Of a stretch of 64,000 nucleotides of DNA, positions 19,753 to 30,462 are shown one piece after another. Within the stretch, counting starts at the first letter, position 1, and each line of letters opens with the position of its first letter. The DNA is from Candidatus Uhrbacteria bacterium (GTDB lineage Bacteria > Patescibacteriota > Patescibacteriia > UBA9934 > GWF2-40-263), in assembly GCA_016188425.1 (NCBI GenBank), contig JACPHX010000016.1:22161-86160 (forward strand). Reading direction: 5' to 3'. Both the position numbers and the translations under genes were made by a program. Below the pieces are notes generated by a model. It searched no databases and had not been told where the DNA came from. It worked only from the letters and a program-made list of their open reading frames with translations.

Positions 19753-22700
19753 CTAAGGGGTAACGGGGACAGAGGCGGGATCAATGACCGCCTCTGGTGG
19801 AACGACTGGTTCTTCGGCAACGGGAGGGTCTTCAACAAGAGGCGGTTCTTCCGTTACGGTAGGTTCCTCAACCGCGGGGGGTTCCTCGACGACAGGGGGA
19901 TCGATCGGGTCGGCGGGGGGGTCGGATGGAGGAACAATCGGATCTGTCACAGGATCGGTCGGCGGCATTACCCCTTCGATGGGAGGAGGTTCAACGGCTT
20001 CTTCGACAACATCTTCATGGTCCTTGCGGACGGCCGTGACATGCCAATCGACGACGATGCCGGAATCCATGCCATCAAGCTGGCGCACGGTGAAACCGTT
20101 GTTATCCTTCTGTGAAACATAGACGTACGCGGGGCCGTTGGCAGTCGTTACGACGGAGATAGGTGAGCTTGTCGAGGTAATGTCGTTAAAGGAAGCGTCG
20201 ACATCTTCGAAGGATACAGTCGCTTCTCCTTGTGAGAGGGTCGCGCTTCCCGAAAGGAACACCGAGTGGTCGGTCGTAAGCATGGCATGAGCGGAAACGT
20301 TTTCGTTCTGATAGGAACGAATCACGACATTGTAGGAAGCGACCGTGGCGAAAAGACCCGCCTCGTCCACGGACCAGGTGTTCCCCATGCCGACCAGCTT
20401 GCCGACATCCAACAGATGATTGCCATGGAGGTACACGGAGCCGTACATATCGAGCGAAGAGAGCTGGGCGTTTGAAGAAATGCCACTGGCGACATTGTCT
20501 ATCGGAGCTACGGCCGCTCCCCCTGTGTGCGAAAGGTTGATGAAGGTAATGATCAAATTATCAGGCGACGAGGCCGTGTATGGTTCCATCGCGTAGCCAA
20601 TAACGGGCCCATCCTCGGTTGCCTTCATAGCCACCCCCGGGACAGACGAGGTCGTCAGCGAATCGCCGATCTCAATCGCGCCGTTCTCATCGGTCACCTT
20701 TGTGGGCACGCGGCCAGCAAGGGCGATGGGGAAATCGCCCGCCCGATTGTCACCCGCCAAGAACCCGGGTTTTGTTGAAACGACACCTGCAACGAGGCCG
20801 TCGTAAGTCTTTCCGGTAGATCGCGAGACATGTTCCGTGTCGCTCACCGAGAAAATTACGACATCGCCCGCCTCAAGCTGATCTTTTGAAGGGAACATCT
20901 CTGCAAAATCGTAGGAGCCAGTCCCCCACCCAGAGGCATTGGTGCGCATAAGGTCGCCGCCAGGGCCGGCAGAACCATCGTAATAGATGTATTTATTCGT
21001 CTGCTTCGTTCCGCGGTCGGATGGGTACAAGTTGCCGCCGATCCACAAATCGCCGGCGAGGCTCATCGCGCCGTCTTGGGTAAGGTAAGCGATTTCTTGA
21101 TCAAGACTATCTTTGTAGGAAAGACGGTATTCATTTTTGTCGGTCACTTCCAAGGCAATGCTTATGGCACGATCGACGGCCACGGAGGAGCTACTATCCC
21201 AGGCACTGCCGCGGAAGGCGAGCGCGTGTGATCCTTGGGCTTGATCGACGGCGGTTGCAGCGATGACGCGGTTGATCGCCAGAGCTTGCTCCACCGTGGC
21301 GACAGAGCCATCGTTAGCGATAACGGCGCCGCTGTGCCACGAAGGCTGCACGTACACGCGAATCGTTCCGACCCCAGGCCCAGTCCATGAATCGAGCGCC
21401 ATACCGACCACCATTCCGGGAAGCGTGGATTTCATGCCCGCGCCGGCGGTTGAGGAAGAGGTGATGGGGTCGCCTGGACGAATCGCTCCGTTTTCGTCGC
21501 TGACTTTCAGAGGAACGCGGCCGGCGGTCGCAATGGCTTTCGGATACGTGGCTGCGTCGATAACGCCGCGGCCGTAGCTTTGCGCCGGCGAGGTGGAGAC
21601 GATACCGACGATGCGTGATTCGTAAGGGGTCGAGGATTTATCGAGAACCGTCAGGTCGCTGACTATTTTGCCTCCCGTGAGGATACCGGTGAGCGGCTCC
21701 ACTTCATCGGCTTCGTAGGTGATCGTCGAGTCGGTGGCAACGACCAAGTCTCCCGCGGTTTCATCACCGGTTGTTTCATACCATTCCGCGATGTCATCCG
21801 GGGCGGCGGAACAGACGACGAGTTCACGATCCGTGGCCGTGGTATCCGAATCCGCCCCGCTGTGGCAGACGCCGTTGGTGGTGGCGGCCCCGTTAAAATC
21901 AGTCTTGATGACTCCGTTCACGTCCAAGATCGTGGCGCCGATGGCGATGGTGCCGTCGGTACCGTCGTTGTCGATGGTTTCGCCTTGCTGAAGGGTGATG
22001 TCGGTGGTCATGTTGGCGCCGGCGCCGTTGGAAAAGACGAGGCCGTTGGTAATGGTTCCCGATGTACTATTCACGACAATGCCGTTTGTGATACCCATAT
22101 CCCCCGTCGAATCGATCCGTAGCCCAATGTCGACCGTAATATCAGACAAGTCATTCACATCTGCGTTATCAATATACAGCAGTTGTGAAACATTCGTATC
22201 ACTTACCCCCGCATCGCTGATGTTTTGATTGCGGATTCTAAAGACTTCTTCCGTTACGTTAACCCCACCGCCAACCGGCGCGGTCCAAAGAGTTTCAAAG
22301 GCAGATATAGTACCACCCGTCACCGAGCCAGAAAGTGTGCTTCTGACATCGATTGTGTTTGAAGTCCACGTAGAAGATTCGGAAGTTGAGTAATGTGCCG
22401 TGAGATCAAGAACTTTTCCGATAGAAAAAGAGTCGCCACTTGTGACGTTATCAAAGTTGAAAATGGATCCTGATGATATGGCGGAGGTGACAACGTCGAT
22501 GACGCTACCTGTTGTGGCATTTGACGTAAATGTGAAGGCACCATCTGCAACACCGTTGCTGATGGTTTCCCCATTTTGCAGACGAATGTCTGTGCCAATG
22601 GATAGGCTTGAAAAATTAAGACCAATTGTCTGCGCACCGCTTATATTGATACCGGTCGTGACCCCCGTCCCGATTTCAATACCATCTGAAATCGTGCCTA

Positions 22701-25700
22701 CTGTTCCGCTCACATACAGACCGTTTGTAATACCCATCCCCCCCGTCGAGTCGATCGTTATACCATTGTCAACAATAATATCTGATAAATCATCGACATC
22801 TGCGTTATCAATGTAAAGTAATTGTGAAACATTGTTATCACTCACTCCCGCATCGCTGATATTTTGATTGCGGATTCTGAAAACTTCCTCCGTGACGTTT
22901 ACCCCACCTCCAACCGGCGCGGTCCAAAGGGTTTCAAAGGCGGAAATGGTGCCACCCGTAACAGAACCAGAAAGCGCACTCCTTACATCTATCGTGTTTG
23001 ATGTCCAAGAGGATGATTCTGAAGTACTGTGTTCTGCCGTTATATCAAGAACTTTTCCTATAGACAATGCATCCGCGTTCGTTACGTTGTCATAGAGAAA
23101 GACAGAGCCGACATCAATATTGGTAGATAGGATTTCCAAGATATTTTGATCTCCGTTGGTAGAGGTAGAAGAGAATCGGAATGTCCCATTTATATCATTT
23201 GAAAGCGTTTCCCCATTCTGAAAACTGATATCGGTTCCAATGCCTGTATTTGAGAGATGAATCCCTGTGGTGGCCGCACCAGCGATTTCAATGGCGTCTG
23301 TAAGGCTGCCAGAAGAAGTGGAAATACGGATGGCGTCCGAAACAGCTGCTCCGTTTGTATCGATATGGAGTTGACCGGTTGGAGCGACGATACCAATCCC
23401 CACATTCCCTCCATCCAGCACAGTAAATACTTGCGACGTATTGTCGTAGAGGTTGAAAATATCGAAGGTATTGGTGCCATTGCTGACCGTGAGCGCTCCG
23501 TCTGGGGCAACAAATGAACCTGATTGGTTTCCAATACCAAGGCGAGATTCGTCGTCCAGGCGCATGCCGGGAGAGAAAGTGCCGTCGTCCATGACCCTGA
23601 AGTCGAGGGCTGCGTCTTCAGATCCATTAGTGGGATCAGTATTGTTTCCTTCAATGCTAGCAAAAGTTGTTTGCGTATTCGTATCGTCTTTCGTATCAAA
23701 ATTGAGAACAATATCTTCTGTGCCGGCAGCTGCGCCTCCAAAATTGTCGGAGTTATATAGGGTGAACAACGCGTTTCCATTGGATGCTTCTTCTATCTGC
23801 ATCGCGCCATTTGTTATGTTTGTGATCGTTCCGCTATTTTGGAGCCGAATGTCGGTAAGCGTCCCGATTCCAGTGGTATCAATCACCACACCATCGATCG
23901 CTGAAGCAGAATCGGCAATAACCTCAAGGCGGCCAGCAGGAGCGATCGTGCCGATCCCCACATTCCCTCCATCAAGCACGGTGAATACCTGCGAGGTGTT
24001 GTCATAAAGGTTGAAAATATCGAAGGTATTGGTGCCATTGCTGACCGTGAGCGCTCCGTCTGGGGCAACAAATGAACCTGATTGGTTTCCAATACCAAGG
24101 CGAGATTCGTCGTCCAGGCGCATGCCGGGAGAGAAAGTGCCATCATCCATGATACTGAAATCGAGGGCTGCGTCTTCGGAGGTATCGGTTGGGTCAATAG
24201 AGTTCGCCTCCATGCGCGCGATCGTTGTCTGTGTTCCAACGGTATCTCTTACGTCAAAATTGATACCAACATCTTCGGTACCTGCCGCAGCTCCACCGAA
24301 TGTATCCGCGTTATAGAAAGTAAAAAATGCATTTCCGTTTATATCTTCAATAAACTGCATGGTTCCATTCCCCAAGGACGGAGTGGAGCTAATTTGTAAA
24401 ATATTGTTTGTGGTGTCGTAAGAGATCGTTCCTTCATCTGTCGTACTAGTTCCTATATGTAATGAACCTGGCTGAACGAATAGATCAGCCCACCGATGAG
24501 TGTCGTCTCCCAGAGTCAGAGAGTTGGAGGTTGGTGGAAGAATTGAGGTATCAACGAGTCCGTTCACACTCACCAAATCCGCCGTTGAAGATCCTAAATC
24601 AATATTATTGTTAAAGAATCCGTTTCCAGAACCATCAATCGTGAAGTAATCCGTCGCTCCCCCGTTATTTTCAACCACGACGAGGTTTGATGTCTGGGTG
24701 GCGTTCGCTTGGATAAGAAGCTGAATTTCATCCGCATTTCCATCGGTTGCCAATTGGGCGGACAAGTTCGTCGCAGACCCAACCGTGACATTATCGGTAG
24801 CGGTCGTAAGGCGCACGAGTGTGCCGTCGTCGGTCCAACCGCCTCCACCGCCGCCACCTGCTGACAAATCGACCCAGGTAGTGCCGCTTCCGGCACTTGT
24901 ATTGACCCAAGTGGTGCCGGCTTGATCTAAATAAAGAGAACCCTCATTGGCGGTCACAATGGTGTTTGGATCTCCGCTTCCAGTAAAAACACCAACCGAC
25001 ACTCCCGCGGTAGTATCTGAGAAACGTAAAAATTCATCTTGATCGGCGGGATTTGAGGATTCAATATCCAACAGCGCGTCGGGCGTGGTGGATCCGATCC
25101 CCACGAAACCAGTATTGGCAAAAGTAGCAAAGGGTGTTCCTGCGTCGGCGATTTTGAAGTCTCCAGTGGTCGTCAAATCAAAGGTGAGCCCAGTTGTGTC
25201 ATCGACCTCCATTGTAAGATTCGTGTTGGTGATGGATTGCGCGTACACCTCGTCGAAATCCGGTGTTGTTCCCGCACCAGCCAGGTCTGTCCAAGTGGTT
25301 CCCGCATCTCCCGCGCTGGAGTTGACCCACGCTTTTCCCGCCTGGTCCAAGTAGAGAGATCCGGACTCGGCCGAATGGGTCGGTGTTCCTGTGCCGGTAT
25401 AGAAATCCACTTCATCGGCATTCGTTTCGTCCGTGAGGCGCATCAAGCTCGTATTCTCTGCATCGGAAATATCAATGTAGGTATCAGGAGTGATCGTGCC
25501 GATACCCAGCCGGCTCGTATCGGTGATGACGACGGGATTCGTGCCGAAATAGCGAAGGACGTCCGCACGCACGCTGGCGGCGGTCGACAAATCATCTACC
25601 GCCAACCCGTAAAAGGTTCCCACGGATCCTGCCCCTGTATCGCTCGTTTCGTTCACACTGAAGGCATAGTAGGTATCGATATTCCCTGCCGCCGTAATAA

Positions 25701-28700
25701 TAGGCGTCGTGCGAACCCCATACCCTTCCGTGATCGAGGCCGCCGATTGGGCGGCAATTTGTACATTGATCCCCAAAGCATCGGCGATATCCGCCGCCGC
25801 GCTGGTCGCTTCGCTGCTGATGACAGATTCAAGACCCGTAAGCGTCAGAACGCCATCCGTATCGCCGGCAGCGGTGATGGCTTGGAAATACCCGGCCATG
25901 GAACTGTTCAAGGCGGCGGAGGCATCATACCGGTTCGAAACGCGCAGTACTTGTGTTGCGTCGGCTGAAAGGTCTTCGGCTAAATGAAAGACGCGCGTGG
26001 AAGAGGCGACTTCTCCCAGATCCCCGCCGATGAACCGGCTCCCCATAATGCCGTGGCCTGTCACAAGAAAATCTCCGGAAAGCGTAAGATTCTCGGTGGG
26101 GGTCGTATCTCCAAACCCGGCGAATCCGCTGCTCTTATCCAGATAGAAATCGTCGACGAAGAAGGCGATGTCTGCATTCCCCGTTGCGTCTGAAGCAAAA
26201 TTGAAAATATCCTGTCCTGCATCGGTATAGGTAAGCAGCCCTTCCGCCGTCGCAGAGGTGCCGATATGGAGCGTCGCGGGGCCCAAATACAAATCCTTCC
26301 AGCGCTGGCCGGCCGAGCCGAGGTCGTAAAAATCATCGGTTTCCGGGATGAAATCGGACGCTATATCCGCGTTAAAATCGACGGTATCGGTGGCGTCCGC
26401 ACCGAAGGTGATATTCCCACTGTCATCAAAAAGCGCAAAGGTCGAACTTGCATCTTGGATCGCTATGTCACCTGTGGTTGTCAGATCAAAGAAAAGACCC
26501 GTGGCAGAATCCACGTCCATCGTCTTGTCTCCATCATTGTCATAAACAGAATCCAACGTATCCGCGCCGCCGGTTGCGGCAAGATCGGTCCAGGTGGTTC
26601 CGCTTCCGGCACTCGTGTTGACCCAGGTCGTTCCGGCCTGATCCAAGTAAAGGGATCCTTCATTGGCCGTCACAGATCCATTAGGATCCCCAGAACCTGT
26701 ATATAAGCTGGCGGAGGTGGCACCAAATGTCAGACGGATGTATTCCGCGTCTGCAACCCCTTGTTCCACATCCAGTCGCGCGTCGGGGGTGGCGGTATTG
26801 ATCCCGACGAAGCCCGCTTGTCCACTCACGACGGATCCGTTCACGGTAAAGGCATCAATGCTTCCCCCAATCGCTGTGATGAAAAAATTATCTGATGCTG
26901 AAGCCAATTCCCATGTCAAATCCCCGGAATCGACCTCGATTAATTCTGTTCCGCCCCCATAGTTGTCGTAGGCGTCATCGAGCGTTGGGCTGCTCCCGCC
27001 GCTAAGGTCTATCCATGTATCAGCCCCATCGGTATTGACCCAAGCCGTCCCTCCCGCCCCATCTTGGTCGAGATAGATCGAACCAATGCCGCCAAACGTG
27101 TTAATCACCAGATTCGGATCCCCAGTTCCTGTATAGATACCGGGAATGAGGCCGGAAGTTTGGTCGTTCAGTGAAATAAACTTGTTGTCCTCTGGTCGAG
27201 AAATGGTGGCAAGCGAGTCGGTATCTGGTGTTGATGTCCCAATCCCGAGCCTTCCGCCTTCATCAACGACAAAGCCGGCGCCCCCGAGGTAGCGTATCGG
27301 GAACGTCTCCGTGGCGCCCGCCCCCGTGAGGTCTTCGATGAGCAGGCCGTTAAACGAGTTCACGACGCCGCTGCTGGCCAAATCCGGCCCGTTCACGACA
27401 AACGCGCCGTACGAATCGATGTCGCCAGAATCGAGGATGATCGGCCTCCCGTGGAAGCTGTATCCGGTGGGAAGACTCGCCGTTCCGTCATTGACGACCT
27501 GCCCGTTCACGCCAACCAGCACCGTTGCCAGATCATATCCAAAGGTATCGATGTTCCCGATCGCATTCCCTTCCGTACCGATAAGAGTTCCCAGTTTCAC
27601 TGCGGCTCCAGACGTATTCTGCGCGGTGGCCTGAAAAACGCCGGCGGTATTCCCGGAAAAACCCACCGAAGTCGCGGTAAAACGGGAGGAAGCGCGAAGA
27701 ACCTCATCGCCATCGGCCGTCATGTCTTCCGCCAGATGCAAGACGCGATCCGTGAAAGAGACCTCCCCCAAATCGCCTCCGTTGAACCGATTTCCCATGA
27801 TGCCGTGGCCTGTCACGAGATAATTTCCAGATACGGTGAGGTTCTCGGTGGGGGTAGTATCCCCCAAGCCGACGAACCCGGCGCTTTTATCAAGATATAT
27901 GTCGTCTGTAAAGAATGCGATGTCTGCATTCCCTGTGGCGTCAGAAGCAAAATTAAAAATATCCTGACCTGCGTCGGTATAAGTGAGCAGCCCTTCCGCG
28001 GTCGCAGACGTGCCTATATGGAGCGAGGCAGGCCCTAAGTATAAATCGCGCCATCGCTGGCCGGCAGAACCAAGATCAAAGGCAATGTCGGTTTCCGGAA
28101 TAAAATCCGAGGAGATATCCGCGTTGAAATCGACCGTATCGGTTGCGTCCGCACCGAAGGTGATATTCCCATTATTGGCAAATCTGGCAAATGTGCTCCC
28201 TGCATCCTGAATGACAAAATCTCCGGTCGCAGCCGTGATATTGAAGGTAAGGCCTGCTCCTCCTGCGTCATCGATCTCCATGATGAGGTTCCCATCCGCA
28301 ATCGACTCGGCGTAGACCTCATCGAAGTTATCGACTGTGCTTGCACCAGCCAGGTTAGACCACACGCTCCCCGTCGCGCCGACGGACGTGTTTACCCAAG
28401 TGACGCCAGTCTGATCCAGATAGATGGACCCGCGCGCCGCCGTCACTCCGCCATTGGGATCCCCGCTTCCCGTAAGAATTCCCGTGGAAGCGCCATTTCC
28501 TGTATCGGTAAGGTTGATATAAACGTCGTCTTCGCCCGCATTGGCAGATTCGATGTCGATGGCGCCATCAGGCGTGGTCGTATTGATGCCCAAAGAACTG
28601 CGCAGGTAGGTTTGCCCGCCGGAGGTCAGAAAAAATTGAACCGTTTCGTCTCCAGAGACATCCGATGTTACTTCAAACAGCCGATCCGCATCCGCGGTCG

Positions 28701-29388
28701 ATTCTGAATCGATATCAACCAACGCATCCGTATCCACGCGGTTCAACGTCGTGTTGTCGATATTGAGCGCATTGGTGAGCTGCAGGTTCCCCGTGGAATC
28801 TGTGACGGTCACGATGCTGTTGCCGCCAACCTGCGAGGGGAAAAATCCATCCAGACTCTCCGCATTAAGGGCGTACGATGACGCCCCCATGCGGATGCGC
28901 GGAGTCATCTCGGGATCGGGGGAAATCGTCAGTCCAAGGTAGACGGTGGAGGTGTCGGCAAACAGGGAACTCGGGATGAAATTTTGACCCGTGTCGCCCA
29001 AAAGGAGAGAGAACACGCCGTCTGTGACGGTCACGGAAACCGTGCCGTCTGGCGTATCGCCGGCACAGTCTATCGTCGCGGTATTGGCATCGGTATTGCC
29101 GGCGCTCCAAAGACAGACGCCTGCGGCGGCGGCATCATAAAACGCAAAAAACATTGAGTAGACGCCGTCATCGACGGTAACGCGCTGGTCATCGGTAAGC
29201 TTCGCTTGAAAAGGGATCAGCCGAGGTGGTGTGACCGCCAAAGCAGTGGCGGCTTGCGTCATGTTTATGATGGCCACCGATACGCAAACAACAGCGCGAA
29301 TCAACCGATTCGTGCGTTTGGAAAACGGATGAATGTGTCCCACCAAACGATGGGAGAAATGGCCTCCGTACATAATCGGGGCAAGCAC
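19753..29388 (-). CDS. Giant secreted fibre/adhesin (3211 aa), tail-fibre-like, with two intramolecular-chaperone (peptidase G2/S74-like) modules
   Basis: Signal peptide; repeated GxVGIGTxxP motifs; DIAEWY and YDFAEMF...GVVSTKPG...ALAGRVPTKV...GD.LTTS..PG.AMKA motifs; Pro/Glu-rich tail. Exact start uncertain. Confidence 0.8.
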   Translation of the reverse strand: MLAPIMYGGHFSHRLVGHIHPFSKRTNRLIRAVVCVSVAIINMTQAATALAVTPPRLIPFQAKLTDDQRVTVDDGVYSMFFAFYDAAAAGVCLWSAGNTDANTATIDCAGDTPDGTVSVTVTDGVFSLLLGDTGQNFIPSSLFADTSTVYLGLTISPDPEMTPRIRMGASSYALNAESLDGFFPSQVGGNSIVTVTDSTGNLQLTNALNIDNTTLNRVDTDALVDIDSESTADADRLFEVTSDVSGDETVQFFLTSGGQTYLRSSLGINTTTPDGAIDIESANAGEDDVYINLTDTGNGASTGILTGSGDPNGGVTAARGSIYLDQTGVTWVNTSVGATGSVWSNLAGASTVDNFDEVYAESIADGNLIMEIDDAGGAGLTFNITAATGDFVIQDAGSTFARFANNGNITFGADATDTVDFNADISSDFIPETDIAFDLGSAGQRWRDLYLGPASLHIGTSATAEGLLTYTDAGQDIFNFASDATGNADIAFFTDDIYLDKSAGFVGLGDTTPTENLTVSGNYLVTGHGIMGNRFNGGDLGEVSFTDRVLHLAEDMTADGDEVLRASSRFTATSVGFSGNTAGVFQATAQNTSGAAVKLGTLIGTEGNAIGNIDTFGYDLATVLVGVNGQVVNDGTASLPTGYSFHGRPIILDSGDIDSYGAFVVNGPDLASSGVVNSFNGLLIEDLTGAGATETFPIRYLGGAGFVVDEGGRLGIGTSTPDTDSLATISRPEDNKFISLNDQTSGLIPGIYTGTGDPNLVINTFGGIGSIYLDQDGAGGTAWVNTDGADTWIDLSGGSSPTLDDAYDNYGGGTELIEVDSGDLTWELASASDNFFITAIGGSIDAFTVNGSVVSGQAGFVGINTATPDARLDVEQGVADAEYIRLTFGATSASLYTGSGDPNGSVTANEGSLYLDQAGTTWVNTSAGSGTTWTDLAATGGADTLDSVYDNDGDKTMDVDSATGLFFDLTTTGDIAIQDASSTFALFDDSGNITFGADATDTVDFNADIASDFIPETDDFYDLGSAGQRWKDLYLGPATLHIGTSATAEGLLTYTDAGQDIFNFASDATGNADIAFFVDDFYLDKSSGFAGFGDTTPTENLTLSGDFLVTGHGIMGSRFIGGDLGEVASSTRVFHLAEDLSADATQVLRVSNRYDASAALNSSMAGYFQAITAAGDTDGVLTLTGLESVISSEATSAAADIADALGINVQIAAQSAASITEGYGVRTTPIITAAGNIDTYYAFSVNETSDTGAGSVGTFYGLAVDDLSTAASVRADVLRYFGTNPVVITDTSRLGIGTITPDTYIDISDAENTSLMRLTDETNADEVDFYTGTGTPTHSAESGSLYLDQAGKAWVNSSAGDAGTTWTDLAGAGTTPDFDEVYAQSITNTNLTMEVDDTTGLTFDLTTTGDFKIADAGTPFATFANTGFVGIGSTTPDALLDIESSNPADQDEFLRFSDTTAGVSVGVFTGSGDPNTIVTANEGSLYLDQAGTTWVNTSAGSGTTWVDLSAGGGGGGGWTDDGTLVRLTTATDNVTVGSATNLSAQLATDGNADEIQLLIQANATQTSNLVVVENNGGATDYFTIDGSGNGFFNNNIDLGSSTADLVSVNGLVDTSILPPTSNSLTLGDDTHRWADLFVQPGSLHIGTSTTDEGTISYDTTNNILQISSTPSLGNGTMQFIEDINGNAFFTFYNADTFGGAAAGTEDVGINFDVRDTVGTQTTIARMEANSIDPTDTSEDAALDFSIMDDGTFSPGMRLDDESRLGIGNQSGSFVAPDGALTVSNGTNTFDIFNLYDNTSQVFTVLDGGNVGIGTIAPAGRLEVIADSASAIDGVVIDTTGIGTLTDIRLQNSGTITNITNGAMQIEEASNGNALFTLYNSDNFGGAAAGTEDIVLNFDTKDDTNTQTTFASIEGNNTDPTNGSEDAALDFRVMDDGTFSPGMRLDDESRLGIGNQSGSFVAPDGALTVSNGTNTFDIFNLYDNTSQVFTVLDGGNVGIGIVAPTGQLHIDTNGAAVSDAIRISTSSGSLTDAIEIAGAATTGIHLSNTGIGTDISFQNGETLSNDINGTFRFSSTSTNGDQNILEILSTNIDVGSVFLYDNVTNADALSIGKVLDITAEHSTSESSSWTSNTIDVRSALSGSVTGGTISAFETLWTAPVGGGVNVTEEVFRIRNQNISDAGVSDNNVSQLLYIDNADVDDLSDIIVDNGITIDSTGGMGITNGLYVSGTVGTISDGIEIGTGVTTGINISGAQTIGLNFSSLSIGTDIRLQNGETISNGVADGAFTFTSNATTGSVIDVVTSAISSGSIFNFDNVTSGDSFSIGKVLDLTAHYSTSESSTWTSNTIDVRSTLSGSVTGGTISAFETLWTAPVGGGVNVTEEVFRIRNQNISDAGVSDTNVSQLLYIDNADVNDLSDITVDIGLRIDSTGDMGITNGIVVNSTSGTITNGLVFSNGAGANMTTDITLQQGETIDNDGTDGTIAIGATILDVNGVIKTDFNGAATTNGVCHSGADSDTTATDRELVVCSAAPDDIAEWYETTGDETAGDLVVATDSTITYEADEVEPLTGILTGGKIVSDLTVLDKSSTPYESRIVGIVSTSPAQSYGRGVIDAATYPKAIATAGRVPLKVSDENGAIRPGDPITSSSTAGAGMKSTLPGMVVGMALDSWTGPGVGTIRVYVQPSWHSGAVIANDGSVATVEQALAINRVIAATAVDQAQGSHALAFRGSAWDSSSSVAVDRAISIALEVTDKNEYRLSYKDSLDQEIAYLTQDGAMSLAGDLWIGGNLYPSDRGTKQTNKYIYYDGSAGPGGDLMRTNASGWGTGSYDFAEMFPSKDQLEAGDVVIFSVSDTEHVSRSTGKTYDGLVAGVVSTKPGFLAGDNRAGDFPIALAGRVPTKVTDENGAIEIGDSLTTSSVPGVAMKATEDGPVIGYAMEPYTASSPDNLIITFINLSHTGGAAVAPIDNVASGISSNAQLSSLDMYGSVYLHGNHLLDVGKLVGMGNTWSVDEAGLFATVASYNVVIRSYQNENVSAHAMLTTDHSVFLSGSATLSQGEATVSFEDVDASFNDITSTSSPISVVTTANGPAYVYVSQKDNNGFTVRQLDGMDSGIVVDWHVTAVRKDHEDVVEEAVEPPPIEGVMPPTDPVTDPIVPPSDPPADPIDPPVVEEPPAVEEPTVTEEPPLVEDPPVAEEPVVPPEAVIDPASVPVTP

Positions 29389-29483
29389 CCGAATGCGTGT
29401 TCGATGATTATATCATCAAACGCACATCCCGGCTCGCCCGCCGTATCCCTTTTAAGAAACGGCGGACGAGTGGAGTCCGTACG

Positions 29484-30452
29484 CTATGGACGCTTGGACT
29501 TGCTCATCATGGCTTTCGCCACGATCCAGCGGTTGTATTGCTTGAGGAGCAATGCGGCCGCCACGAGCAGGATCAGGAACAGCACGATCAAGAGCCATGG
29601 AATCACCCAGAACGTGGTCTGGGCAGACACGGTCTCTTGGCCTCCTGCTCCGAAATGAAGCACGAGAGACGCGGTATACGGCCCGAAGCCGAAATTGCGC
29701 CACTCCTTCATAAATTCGGAGGCATCGTCTTTGAGGGCGCTTTTCTGCCACGCGGCAGAAAACACGCGCTCGGAATTTGGCAGGACATTTCGTCCGTCGC
29801 CGTTCACGGGGAGAGCGGCAGATTCCCCCCCCAGGAAGTTCGTGACCCGAATAGCCCCGCTGGGTTTCAGATGCACGGTTCCCGAGTTTTGGAATTTGAT
29901 GTCAAAATCCACGGGCAAGCTGCTGTAGGTCCCTTTGGGAATCGAGAACGCGGTAATCCGTCCCGTCTCCTGCACGGCTCCGTCTACGCGAAGGAGCAAC
30001 AAGGTAGCAATCTCGGCGACCGTCCCGATCTGCTGTTTTGCCACCGGGCTGCTGGTCGAGAAGATCAGTCCCCCGAAATATCCCCCAGGGGAGGCATTGC
30101 GGGGAACGGAGATGTTATAGGTGACGAATTTTGTTTCTCCTGGAGCCAACGTGACTGTTTTCTCTGTAAAGGATACCCAATCTACCAAGGAGCGGGTCGT
30201 GGACTTTCCAATGAAATTGGGGGCGCCTTGCACGCCCGTGGCCTCAAAATCTTGGATTTCCGTGAAGAACGTAGATGATTCCTTCCCCTCGTTGCGCAAG
30301 CGGATCGAGCCGACAAAGGCATCGCCGGGGCCCACTTCGTATTCGACAAGAACGGGGCTGATGGTAAGGGCCTCTGCATCGTTTTGGACGACCGACAAGA
30401 GCGGGAACGCCAAAACGAGGGCGGCCAATACACAGGTAAGATTCCTCCTCAT
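29484..30452 (-). CDS. DUF916/DUF3324 (WxL-interacting or PapD-like) protein with C-terminal TM anchor
   Basis: Signal peptide; ISP....VGPG....I.L.NEG; LAPGE...V.Y.I.VP.NASPGGYFG; F.NSGTVHLKPSG; VLPNSER; FWVIPW followed by a TM helix and basic tail. Confidence 0.75.
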   Translation of the reverse strand: MRRNLTCVLAALVLAFPLLSVVQNDAEALTISPVLVEYEVGPGDAFVGSIRLRNEGKESSTFFTEIQDFEATGVQGAPNFIGKSTTRSLVDWVSFTEKTVTLAPGETKFVTYNISVPRNASPGGYFGGLIFSTSSPVAKQQIGTVAEIATLLLLRVDGAVQETGRITAFSIPKGTYSSLPVDFDIKFQNSGTVHLKPSGAIRVTNFLGGESAALPVNGDGRNVLPNSERVFSAAWQKSALKDDASEFMKEWRNFGFGPYTASLVLHFGAGGQETVSAQTTFWVIPWLLIVLFLILLVAAALLLKQYNRWIVAKAMMSKSKRP

Positions 30453-30462
30453 AATGGGTTTG

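Noticed and set aside
19753-29388. Prophage tail-fibre genes
   Set aside because: The proteins have signal peptides and there are no capsid, terminase or tail genes nearby.
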